A stretch of DNA of 64,000 nucleotides from Candidatus Nomurabacteria bacterium (GTDB lineage Bacteria > Patescibacteriota > Minisyncoccia > Phycocordibacterales > UBA9973). The notes beneath the pieces are model-generated. The model was given only the letters and a program-made list of their open reading frames with translations, did not search any database and had not been told where the DNA came from. Within the stretch, counting starts at the first letter, position 1; every line of letters starts with the position of its first letter. Of the stretch, positions 1 through 8,968 are shown piece by piece. A program made the position numbers and the translations under genes. The DNA is taken from positions 179,020-243,019 of the forward strand of contig CAWJHU010000001.1 of assembly GCA_963842815.1 (NCBI GenBank). The letters are read 5' to 3'.

Positions 1-1293
1 GTTGGGGGTCAGACCCGATAAATTAAATTTAATGTTTCCATAGAGATTGGAATAATCATTCATATCAAAATTCTGTTCACTTCCCGGAACCAGAGTCCAA
101 AATGGCACCGAACCCCCGTAGTTTGAAAGTTCTTGATATTCAAAATAAGTTTCAACTGATTTGTTTGTTGTTCCGTCCGTATTTACGTTCGGAGAACAGT
201 AATAACCGTTTAAAACAGCGGAATCAGAGCCTATGGTCGTAGCGGGATTTGTTTGTACTGTCGTATCGTAGCAATTGGTACGAAAACTTTTTACTATACT
301 GCTTCCGCCATAGGCTATATTCAGTGAATTTGAAATTATGGCGCAATAATAATATGTAGTGTTCGGGCTCAAGCCGGTTATTTTTGTGGAGAAAGGTTGT
401 GAAGATGTGGCCCCCAGTGATGCTCCATTATCGTCTGTTTTTATATCTCCCGTTGCCATCATATTCGTGCCATAAATATCATTGCAGTAAATCGGTGAAA
501 TTTTTGCCTTGGAATATCTGAAATATGCTGTGAGCGGAAGTGTTGATGTTGACGAATCAACATAACCTCCAATACCATGCAGAACTGCTGTGGTTTGAGT
601 AATGTCTTTAGCGTCTGAGGTGGAGACAGAAATTTCCGTATCGCACGTGCCGGTTGCGGGGTTGTAAACTTTTGGATAGGGACAAGCTACCGAATTGACG
701 CATTTATTGGCAAATGAATTGTAAATCTGTGAAGAAGGACAGCTTGGCGGAGTAATGCAAGCATTAACCGCAGAACTATAAACCTGTGGAGAGGTGCAAG
801 CCAACGGAAGAACACAAGTATTAACAGCAGGACTATAGACTTTTGGAGAAGCGCAGACCAGAGGAGTAACACAAGTACCGGTTGCAGAACTATATACCTC
901 CGGAGAAGGACAGGAAATATCAATGGATGCTGTGGCTACCGCCCAATCGTTTTCACCAAGACCATTAAAACAATAAATTTTAAAAGTCATCGGAGAAGTT
1001 ATAGAGGGGACAGCTTCGCTTTTTGATGTTGGGGGTGGTGAAATGTTGCCGAAAGAACCACTTATAAAACCATTGGGCAATTCCGACGAAAGAGTACAAA
1101 CCGTAATCGGGTTTGTGTCAGTTAATGACCATGCCAAGGTGGAAGAGCCTTTGTAGGGTACAGATGTTGGGTTGGCGGAAAAAGTTATAGTCGGGGGTGT
1201 TGCCGAAACATTCTGCGCGAAAAATATTCCCATTGCCAGAATAAATATTGCTACCCCGTATGAAATCTTTTCTGTTTTTTTTATGTTCGTCAT
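1..1293 (-). CDS. Secreted cysteine-repeat / Fn3-like surface protein, N-terminal portion (C-terminus runs past window start)
   Basis: ATG at 1293..1291 on the minus strand, then signal peptide MTNIKKTEKISYGVAIFILAMGIFFAQNVSA. My translation of the segments I checked is open to position 1. It shows tandem ~18-aa CxSPxVYSxAxxxC repeats (CPSPEVYSSATGTCVTP / CASPKVYSPAVNTCVLP / CTSPQVYSSAVNACITP / CPSSQIYNSFANKCV) and Fn3-like segments (LSPNTTYYYC...SFRT). It is absent from the ORF track because it is truncated by the window edge. Confidence 0.55.
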   Translation of the reverse strand, partial: MTNIKKTEKISYGVAIFILAMGIFFAQNVSATPPTITFSANPTSVPYKGSSTLAWSLTDTNPITVCTLSSELPNGFISGSFGNISPPPTSKSEAVPSITSPMTFKIYCFNGLGENDWAVATASIDISCPSPEVYSSATGTCVTPLVCASPKVYSPAVNTCVLPLACTSPQVYSSAVNACITPPSCPSSQIYNSFANKCVNSVACPYPKVYNPATGTCDTEISVSTSDAKDITQTTAVLHGIGGYVDSSTSTLPLTAYFRYSKAKISPIYCNDIYGTNMMATGDIKTDDNGASLGATSSQPFSTKITGLSPNTTYYYCAIISNSLNIAYGGSSIVKSFRTNCYDTTVQTNPATTIGSDSAVLNGYYCSPNVNTDGTTNKSVETYFEYQELSNYGGSVPFWTLVPGSEQNFDMNDYSNLYGNIKFNLSGLTPN

Positions 1294-1344
1294 AATTTTC
1301 TACTTTATAACTTTACAAACTTACTTTATGAACTTGATGACTAT

Positions 1345-4278
1345 TTAATAAATTCCGATTGTTTTTTCAAATAAACCTTCCGAAACAACATCGATTGAAC
1401 TTGCTCCTAGGGAGTCAAATTGATTGCCAGGAGTTTCATTAGCCCCTCCTGCTGGGACTAAGTCCCAAAGTTTTAATCTTTCTGGTCCCGTTAGTATTTT
1501 TTTATTTGTAGCATCCCCGGCATCCGATGAAAAATAGACAAAACTTAAGAAACCTGGACCAAGAACACTGTATTTATTAACAGGAGTATGGGTAGCAGGA
1601 TAGCCACTATTCCATGGGTCTGGCAAAGCGGTTCCCGCTTTTATAAAATTATTATAATCGTAAATTATAGGCAACGATGATGGATAAGTCATTCTTTCAA
1701 CGGAATTAACATCAAAATTATCCCAGTTAGCTGGAGGATTGCCAATTCCATTTAAGTCTACATGGGGAAATTTTAATGGCCCCCAAGTTCCACTCGCATT
1801 TATCCCGCCATATGTAAACGTGCCTATCGTTCCTGCTTCCATCCCCCCCAATCCCGGTTCCCACACAGGGCGGCTTATGACAGTCCAAGTTCCTGCCCCC
1901 GTTAAACTTTTCCAAGTTCCTACGCCATTTCCTATGGCCTTCCAAGTAGCAGTTCCTTCCCCTCCTGTTCCCGTAATGGCTGTCCAAGTTCCCGAATAAA
2001 TTCCGTTACCCCAATCCCCATTGCGCGGATTTTCAAGTTGCGCTTCGCAGCCGTTGGGTCCTTTTAGAAGAGTGTTGTACACATAATTTTTTTCATCAAC
2101 TATTTGTTTTGTTAAATTATCAACGCTGGCGATATCGGCTCCATTAACCATTTCCGCAGACAATCTTCCGAATGCGTCTATTTGAGGTTTTAAAAGACTT
2201 TCATATTCATCTCCTTTGGCCGGATAGCTATCATTCAAATCGTCCACTTGTTTTTTTATATACTCAAGAGTGTTTACAACACGCTTCAATGAAATTATTT
2301 TATCTTCATTGTCTTTTATCATTTGATTGTACCCCGTCAATTGATTAAAGTCATTAGTTGCTTCCTTGGCGACATCGGGCAAATAATCCGGACTAGAAAA
2401 ATACGTTTTATCCATAATATCAATATATCTACCTAATATTATATTCATAATATTAATGACTCCTTCTTGGCTTGATATGTTGTCATTCGTATTTGATGTT
2501 GTGTCCATAAAATTGGGCATATAACCTGTTAAAGAAGCAAACTCACGAGAATAATAACCTCTCATATAAAAACCAGCCATTTTGTCACCTTGGGTCCCTC
2601 CTCCCATTAAACTACTTAGAAATCCGCCAACAACAGGGATATTACTAACGATGTTGCTGACAACACCACCAATCGTACTCCCAGTGCTGCTATCGCCCCT
2701 ATCTGCGCTTTTCATTGATGATGTAACGTTTGTTAAAGTTGTTTGCGCGTCTTGTTCCCACCCCGGATGTGGTCCCGGGATGCAATAATCCAATTGATAG
2801 ATTGCCGGAATTAATCCGTAGGCATTGGTAACTCCCGTGCTAGGGTCAGTCGCGTAAGGCTTATCATCTGTTGTGGAATTTAGCTCTTTATTTTGCTGTA
2901 TGAGCTTATCGGAATAAGTTCTCTGTTCATCCACCAGAGCCTGGGTAAGGTCGGTGCGAATATCAAAATCCGGATTGGCCGCCAGCCAAGAACTTGTCAG
3001 TTGAGATGGCGTATAATCTTTTTCCGTTTGAGTTTGATATGCAACGCCTGAATCCACTGTACTGGTAGTGTATAAGGTTCCATCCGCTCCTTCTTCACTC
3101 GCATTAGCAAAACCTTTTTCCATAATAGTGGAAGAAAATTTAGACAAAAGCGCGTCTGTGATGGCGGCAATGGCGTCATTTAAATCCTGCACATTAAAAT
3201 AACTGGTACTCTGATAACTCATTACGTTTTGAGCCGCATAGGCCACCATAGAACCCGGCGTAACGTATTGCCAAGTTCCGCCTCCCTCTACACAAGGGTC
3301 TGGTTTTCCTGCCGCCAAAGCGGTATTTTTTTGTTGTAATGTAACACCTATGGTGCAACGATAATCTCCCAAAAATCCCTGAGCCTGTTGCAGAGTGTCA
3401 TGAAATTGTTGGGCAGTTGATTGAACTGTTCCCGCTAGTCTTTGTTGCAGTTCATTATCAGCCATCAATTGAAAACCAAGAGGATTATTAGCTGGAACTT
3501 GAGTCATAGCTGTCCAAGCATTCCATCCGCCCTGGCTAAAATCCGCCTTAAAAGTTTCACCGGAATATTCCGGAGTTGTTTGTTGAACAAGTTGGTCTAA
3601 AGAATATCTTACATTGTCTTGAAATTTATTATTGAAAGCGGCTGCCGTATTTTGCAACCAACCTTTACTGAATGGACCCACTCCTTTTATTTCCAGACCG
3701 AATTGCAATACTTCATTTTTAGCGATGTCTCCGAAAAATTTGCTCGGATTTTGCACAAAAGCCGGACTGCCATTGAAACCTTTCTTAATCCAGCTGACCG
3801 TGCTTTGTGTTAATTTTTGCAAAAGCATTTTAATCATCAGCCGTCCAATGCTGGCTATGCAAGTAGCATCATCAGAATTTGCTTTATCAGCCGCAGCATT
3901 AGCAGCCGAAGAATTGGCTATTTTCTGTAATAAATCGTTAGCATTTGGGCTATTGGTTTCAATGGAGGTAGCCGTACTTGCTGCTGAACTGGCTGTTTTA
4001 CCTAAACTTCCCGTTATTTCCCCGGGAGCGACAGGGTTGCCGTTGCTATCAACACCTGAACTAAACAAATTTCCAACCCCGCTAAACAAATTATTTATTG
4101 AACTATTTATTACATTCTTACATTGTGGCAGAGCAGCGATAGCCGGACCAAGTCCGGTTGCATACCCTGTCATGCTTTGCGCTTCAGCTTTTTTAGGAAT
4201 CAAACCCAAAGGCATCAGTATTGTGCTTACAATCAATAGAAATGAAATTATTGAATTATTAAGATATTTTTTACCCAT
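1345..4278 (-). CDS. Large secreted protein (977 aa), unknown function, Gly/Thr/Trp-rich C-terminal region (GTW repeats)
   Basis: Long ORF with N-terminal signal peptide MGKKYLNNSIISFLLIVSTILMPLGLIPKKAEA. It is tightly linked on the same strand to neighbouring secreted/membrane ORFs. I recognise no catalytic motif. Confidence 0.7.
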   Translation of the reverse strand: MGKKYLNNSIISFLLIVSTILMPLGLIPKKAEAQSMTGYATGLGPAIAALPQCKNVINSSINNLFSGVGNLFSSGVDSNGNPVAPGEITGSLGKTASSAASTATSIETNSPNANDLLQKIANSSAANAAADKANSDDATCIASIGRLMIKMLLQKLTQSTVSWIKKGFNGSPAFVQNPSKFFGDIAKNEVLQFGLEIKGVGPFSKGWLQNTAAAFNNKFQDNVRYSLDQLVQQTTPEYSGETFKADFSQGGWNAWTAMTQVPANNPLGFQLMADNELQQRLAGTVQSTAQQFHDTLQQAQGFLGDYRCTIGVTLQQKNTALAAGKPDPCVEGGGTWQYVTPGSMVAYAAQNVMSYQSTSYFNVQDLNDAIAAITDALLSKFSSTIMEKGFANASEEGADGTLYTTSTVDSGVAYQTQTEKDYTPSQLTSSWLAANPDFDIRTDLTQALVDEQRTYSDKLIQQNKELNSTTDDKPYATDPSTGVTNAYGLIPAIYQLDYCIPGPHPGWEQDAQTTLTNVTSSMKSADRGDSSTGSTIGGVVSNIVSNIPVVGGFLSSLMGGGTQGDKMAGFYMRGYYSREFASLTGYMPNFMDTTSNTNDNISSQEGVINIMNIILGRYIDIMDKTYFSSPDYLPDVAKEATNDFNQLTGYNQMIKDNEDKIISLKRVVNTLEYIKKQVDDLNDSYPAKGDEYESLLKPQIDAFGRLSAEMVNGADIASVDNLTKQIVDEKNYVYNTLLKGPNGCEAQLENPRNGDWGNGIYSGTWTAITGTGGEGTATWKAIGNGVGTWKSLTGAGTWTVISRPVWEPGLGGMEAGTIGTFTYGGINASGTWGPLKFPHVDLNGIGNPPANWDNFDVNSVERMTYPSSLPIIYDYNNFIKAGTALPDPWNSGYPATHTPVNKYSVLGPGFLSFVYFSSDAGDATNKKILTGPERLKLWDLVPAGGANETPGNQFDSLGASSIDVVSEGLFEKTIGIY

Positions 4279-4292
4279 TTTACTTTATTGTA

Positions 4293-4976
4293 TCATTGTT
4301 TTGATAGAAAAGTCTCTAAATCTCCCACTGCCGTGACTAAATCATTGCTATATTTTTGATATTCGGAAAGTCCGGAAAGCCCAACGATGGGGTCACTTGA
4401 AATTTCCCCCAAATTTGAAACACTGATGCCGGTGTTGTTGGCGCTATTGGCTATGCGCAAATGATAATCCGCCAAACTTTGCGGAACGCTCATATCCATT
4501 ATTTTTTTAGCAAAATCTTCATAGGCGTTTCCAATTGCCGACAATTTGCTGTATTTATCGGCATTGTCTGCCGTTCCGCTTGCAGGACTTGCAGCAAGTC
4601 CGTTGCTTACAATGCTTAATTCATCCCCCAACCCGCTGTTTGCCTGATAGTTTTTAAATAAATTTTTCACATCCTCGTAGTATTTTTGTTTGGAAGCAGA
4701 ATCATCAGTGGTGCTCATTTTTACATCCGCTGCCGAGTAGCGGTCAATCAAATTTGGATTCACTATATTTTGTCCGAGAGAATTGGAAAAACTATTTATG
4801 GCATCGCTGTCGCTTTGTCCGGAAGATTTCAATGCCATATAGCTAGCAAAAAATTGCTGAGCGAATTTATCCGTCTCGGTCATATTTTGTTCTTCTGCGC
4901 TGGCGCTTTCGGATATATTCAATTCTTTCTTTTTATTTTCTATATAGGTGGCATCCGGAGTATTATTGAAAGTCAT
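4293..4976 (-). CDS. Hypothetical protein (227 aa); probably the C-terminal part of a ~330-aa membrane-anchored protein whose N-terminus is ORF 4963..5274 (frame break in an A7/T7 homopolymer at 4976..4982)
   Basis: The ORF overlaps the upstream ORF by 14 nt in a different frame. Removing one base from the T7 run (plus strand 4976..4982) fuses ...WGTGPEQK to MTFNNTPD.... Confidence 0.5.
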   Translation of the reverse strand: MTFNNTPDATYIENKKKELNISESASAEEQNMTETDKFAQQFFASYMALKSSGQSDSDAINSFSNSLGQNIVNPNLIDRYSAADVKMSTTDDSASKQKYYEDVKNLFKNYQANSGLGDELSIVSNGLAASPASGTADNADKYSKLSAIGNAYEDFAKKIMDMSVPQSLADYHLRIANSANNTGISVSNLGEISSDPIVGLSGLSEYQKYSNDLVTAVGDLETFLSKQ

Positions 4977-5274
4977 TTTTTTGTTCGGGTCCAGTACCCC
5001 AAAGAGCTTCTTCCCAATCCGGTATGCCGTCGCCGTCGGTATCCTTTTGAATCAAATCCGCAACGGATTGATTTTCCACCTGAAGAGCGGTTGCGTTTTT
5101 ATTTCCCGTAATGGAAAAACTTTCTCCCCGAGAGGACATAAAGAAAATCACAAAAATAATTATTCCCAGAACAAAAATCATGCCCGTTATTATTGCAAAC
5201 TTTTTGCTCGGCAAATATTTTTTATATTCTTCTTTTATTATTTTTTTTGCTGTTTTTTTGAAAAATTCTTTCAT
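4963..5274 (-). CDS. Small membrane-anchored protein with DTDGDGIPDWEE calcium-binding-like motif (likely N-terminal part of fused gene with 4293..4976)
   Basis: N-terminal basic stretch, then TM helix AIITGMIFVLGIIIFVIFF, then a DxDxDG motif. Confidence 0.5.
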   Translation of the reverse strand: MKEFFKKTAKKIIKEEYKKYLPSKKFAIITGMIFVLGIIIFVIFFMSSRGESFSITGNKNATALQVENQSVADLIQKDTDGDGIPDWEEALWGTGPEQKNDFQ

Positions 5275-5279
5275 ATTTT

Positions 5280-5681
5280 TTATCTGGATGTTCCAAAAAG
5301 ATTTATTGTGTCTAGACTGACAGTTTCAACACATACCGAAGGAGGACAAGGCCTCGTGCAAGTTATCATTGATTGCCCTTCATATTTGCCTAGGATTAAC
5401 CCGCCCATTTTTGGGGTAGTTCTGGTTTTAGAAGTTATATAAGAGGGAATAAAATAATTAATCGGGGTGCTCGTCTGGGAGCCAAGGGGTAAGATTGAAA
5501 TTGAGGTACCAAACATAGGGCATGTGTAGCCAGCATCCTTAAGTGCCTCTATTGGGATAGCGGTTGTTTCAATTACTCTCCCGCCAAAAAACTTTCCCAA
5601 GGAAAAAGAAGCGGAAACTACCCTAGTACTGGCAAATACCAGAAAAACGATTAGCAAAATAAAAATTATGCCTTTTTTCAC
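5280..5681 (-). CDS. Small secreted protein (133 aa), unknown function
   Basis: Signal peptide MKKGIIFILLIVFLVFASTRVVSA. First gene of a same-strand cluster of secreted/membrane proteins. Confidence 0.5.
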   Translation of the reverse strand: MKKGIIFILLIVFLVFASTRVVSASFSLGKFFGGRVIETTAIPIEALKDAGYTCPMFGTSISILPLGSQTSTPINYFIPSYITSKTRTTPKMGGLILGKYEGQSMITCTRPCPPSVCVETVSLDTINLFGTSR

Positions 5682-5713
5682 ATATATATTATAACAATAT
5701 TAAAAGATAGGTG

Positions 5714-6580
5714 CTACTCTTTTTTGTTGATATCTGCGTCTTTTACAAGATAAATCCAATCCATAAGCGAAAGTTCTTCCGCTCTTTTGTTTTTAAGGGT
5801 ATTTTCAGAGGATTTTTTTAGAAAAATTTGTGAATTTTTCAAATTTGACGACAGTTTTTTCCTTTTGTGGGCAAATCCGGCGCGAACTATCTCCCAAAAT
5901 TGTTTTTCATCTATTTTATTTTCGGTAAAAAGTTTTCTGGAAATATTTTTTATGGCAATTACAGCTGAATCCACTTTTGGAGCCGGTGAAAAATATCTTG
6001 CCGGCACCTTCATAATCATTTAGGTTCTCCATATGCTTTTACGGAGATTGAAAGAATACTTTCTTTTTTATCCCGAGCCATTATTCTTTGGGCCACTTCG
6101 TTTTGCACCATCAGAATCATTCTTTCCGGCTGGTTTTTTTCCGTCAGAAATTTTTTCAATATGGCGCCGGTAATGTTGTAAGGAATATTGGCGATAATTT
6201 TATAAAAACATGGCATGAAGTTTTTTTCATGGTCTGGCCGGGATAGGGACCCGGGGATCCGAGGACCTGAAAAAAATTTGCAGGCCATGTTTTTAATATC
6301 AGCGTTCAAAATATCTTCATTCATTAAAATTAATTTTTTATTTTTGATTTCCTCGGAAAATTTTTCTTGAAGCAGTTGAAAAAGATCTCGATCTTTTTCA
6401 ACTGCAATTACGCATCCGGCTTTTTCCAAAAGTTTTTCCGTGAGTACCCCTTTCCCTGGTCCGATTTCCAAAATAATATCTTCGCTCGAAATTTCTCCGG
6501 CTTCAACAATTTTATTGAGCGCAGGAATCTGATTTCAAAAAATTTTGCCCCAATGATTTTTTTGCTTTATGTATCATATG
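5714..6580 (-). CDS. ksgA: 16S rRNA (adenine1518/1519-N6)-dimethyltransferase KsgA/RsmA; two single-base frame breaks at homopolymers plus an in-frame 42-bp palindromic insertion
   Basis: Translations give [14 protein letters not shown] (frame C), then [44 protein letters not shown]..., then (third frame) [23 protein letters not shown]. These are the KsgA motifs GQNFL, EIGPG, NxPYNI and PPKVDS. The breaks are at an A-run near 6537..6546 and an A3 run at ~6019..6021. The inserted peptide [14 protein letters not shown] lies between the conserved D and the NIPYNI motif. Confidence 0.75.
6229..6270. repeat. 42-bp palindromic mini-element copy A (ATGGTCTGGCCGGGATAGGGACCCGGGGATCCGAGGACCTGA), in-frame inside ksgA, flanked by T-run/A-run
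   Basis: Near-identical to 8290..8331 (one G/A difference). It has internal inverted symmetry (GGTC...GACC, CCGGG..CCCGG), is GC-rich in an AT-rich genome, and its length is a multiple of 3. Confidence 0.8.
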
Positions 6581-8585
6581 TAAATTGTTTTTATTCCACC
6601 CTTCTCTCCTTCCTTTTCTAATAAATCTCCCGGAATATCGGAAATAAATTCGGAAGGAGTATTTATTTGGCGCGAACCGAAAATGGTGCGGAAATTCGCG
6701 AAAGATAAAAATAATTTTTCTTTGGCGCGAGTAAGGGCGACATAAAAAAGCCGGCGTTCTTCTTCTCTATCTTCGGCAGTTTTTATTTCACCGTCTCTTT
6801 CGTGCGGGAAAAGTCCGTCTTCCAGGCCGGTGATGAAAACATATTTAAATTCAAGTCCTTTTGAAGCATGCACAGTCATTAATTTCACCGCATTTTTTCG
6901 TCTTTTTTATTTTCCGTAATCATTAGCGAGTCTTGGTCTGAGGCCAGAGATGCATCTTCCAAAAGTTTTTCAATTCCCATTCCATCCTTTAAATTATCAT
7001 ATTTTAAGGCCAAAGTGGCCAATTCCTTTATGTTTTCCAATCTTTCCATATCTTCTTCCGTTCCCGCTTTAAGTTCATCTTCAATGCCGGATTTTTTTAC
7101 CGTGAATTTTATAACATCGGATGCTTTTTTATTTTTTATTTTTTCTTTTATTTCTTCCAGTGTTTTGTAAAAATTATCAATTTTTATTTTTATTTTTATC
7201 GGCAAACTTTCTTTTTCTCCGGCAAAAATTTTAGCAAAGTCACTTTCCCTATTCCCCGTGCCGGGAAATTTATAATTCTTTTTATATCCGAAAGACTTTC
7301 CGGATTAAGGCCGCGCGAAGATAAGCAAGAGTGTCTTTAATTTCTTTTCTCTCAAAAAATTTAACACCCAAAACTTGATATGGAATATTGTATTGAAGCA
7401 TTGCTTCTTCCAGCGCGCGCGATTGAAAATTTGCGCGGTACAAAATTGCAATTTCAGACATCGACTCATTCGATCCTATCTAGTATTTCCAAAATTTTGT
7501 CGCGACAAATCCGCTTCGTCGTTTTCGTCTAGCGCTTCATAAAAACCATTTTTTCGCCATTTTATTTTTGGTAAATAAATTTTTATCCGGCCTGATATTT
7601 ATTTTTCTTTGATTATTTCATTGGCCGCTTCCAAAATATTTTGCGTGGAACGGTAATTTTCTTCCAATAAAATTATTTTCGCTTTCGGATAATCTTTTTC
7701 AAAACTCAAAATATTTTTTAAATTTGCTCCGCGCCAGGAATAAATATTTTGGTCGGCGTCTCCCACCACGCAGATATTTTTATTATTTTCCGGAAAGCAA
7801 GTTTGGACATCAAATATTGCACTTCATTGGTGTCTTGATATTCATCAATGTGAATATATTCCCATTTTTCCTGATAAATTTTTCTGATTTCTTTATTTTC
7901 TTTCAGTAATTTTGTCGCTTTCAAAAGCAAATCATCAAAATCCAAAGAATTTTCTTTCGTTTTTTTTTTTTCATACAAACTCCACACTTGCGCCACGATT
8001 TTACCCAAGTAATCCGTTGCTTTTTCTGCATAATCTGCAAGATGGGTAAATTTCCCTTTTTCCCGGCTGATTATATTTTTTATTTTTTTCGGGTCGTATT
8101 GTTTCGGGTCCAATCCAAGTTCTTTCATGGCTTCTTTTATCAAGGTCGTTGAATCTGATTCATCTAAAATAGTAAAATGTTTGGTCAGCCCCAACAATTC
8201 GCGCATTTTCTTTGATTATATAAACTCCCAGAGAATGAAAAGTGCTAATAAAAGGCCTACTAACAACTTCGCCGGTAATACTTTTTTGAATGGTCTGGCC
8301 GGGATAGGGACCCGGGAATCCGAGGACCTGAGAAAAAGCATTACCGGCGAAGTTTGTTTTTATTGCCGAATTAATTCTTTCTTGCATTTCCTTGGCGGCT
8401 TTATTAGTAAAAGTAACAGCTAAAATTTTCTCCGGCGCCACCCCGTTTTTTATCAGATTTAGTATTCTGTGCGTGATTGTTTTAGTTTTCCCCGCCCCCG
8501 CTCCCGCCACAATCAAAAGCGGTCCCTCCATATGCATGGCCGCTTCCCTTTGTTTGTTATTGAGTTCCGATAAATGGTCTGACAT
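6574..8585 (-). CDS. uvrD: UvrD/PcrA-family ATP-dependent DNA helicase, ~670 aa, split into at least 4 frames by single-base homopolymer indels; carries in-frame 42-bp palindromic insertion
   Basis: The N-terminal fragment has Walker [11 protein letters not shown] and TFTNKAA. The middle has DEYQDTN and [39 protein letters not shown] (translated by me from 7230..7480). The C-terminal fragment has [24 protein letters not shown] and [15 protein letters not shown]. Removing one G from the G4 run at ~8178..8181 restores [18 protein letters not shown]. The inserted peptide [14 protein letters not shown] precedes ISTFHSLGV. Confidence 0.75.
8290..8331. repeat. 42-bp palindromic mini-element copy B (ATGGTCTGGCCGGGATAGGGACCCGGGAATCCGAGGACCTGA), in-frame inside uvrD
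   Basis: Same as copy A, with the same TTTTT...AAAAA flanks. It is translated in a different frame from copy A. Confidence 0.8.
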
Positions 8586-8639
8586 TCATCCAATATAACA
8601 TAAAAACTCATTTTGTTATTGATATTACTAGATTTATCT

Positions 8640-8880
8640 AAAATTCATCTCTAGGCTGGAGGAAGCTAGACTTTCTCCGGTTATCCACACCCCGATTGAC
8701 TTGAGTGAGGAAGTGAGCTACCCTTAATGTAGCCCTGGACAGGAAGTATGGAATAAATTGGCTGAACGGGCGAAACGACAGTAACCATCGTGAGAACCTT
8801 ATCCGCCATATGGCGGGTGCAGTACAATTCAGGTCGTCCTGTAATTCTACCCTTATATACTAATGTTTTTTTTGGGGTAA
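8640..8880 (+). ncRNA. Candidate structured cis-regulatory leader RNA (possible c-di-AMP/ydaO-type riboswitch) upstream of LysM-M23 peptidase
   Basis: A ~350-nt non-coding gap follows the uvrD start. It is unusually GC-balanced and contains the hairpins CCGCCATATGGCGG and the segment ACGGGCGAAACGACAGUAACCAUCGUGAGAACC, which resembles the 3' conserved core of the ydaO riboswitch as I recall it. The downstream cell-wall hydrolase is a typical ydaO target. Confidence 0.3.
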
Positions 8881-8968
8881 GGAGGAAATCTCGCGGTAAT
8901 TAATTTGTTTTATAAAACCTCAATTTAAAATATACAGCTTTATTCTGGCCTTTTCCCTGTTATCTGGG

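Noticed and set aside
687-923. 78-aa minus-strand ORF from the track
   Set aside because: It is in a different frame of the same strand as the much longer signal-peptide-bearing ORF that spans 1..1293.
3632-4336. 234-aa plus-strand ORF and other antisense ORFs inside the 977-aa gene (1727..1987, 1739..1999, 2582..2788)
   Set aside because: They are fully embedded antisense to a long, well-supported secreted-protein ORF. Their composition is Ala/Leu-rich in the way typical of antisense frames.
6574-8585. Calling uvrD and ksgA true pseudogenes
   Set aside because: Every frame break I reconstructed is a single-base indel in a homopolymer and restoring it yields full conserved proteins. A sequencing artefact is more parsimonious.
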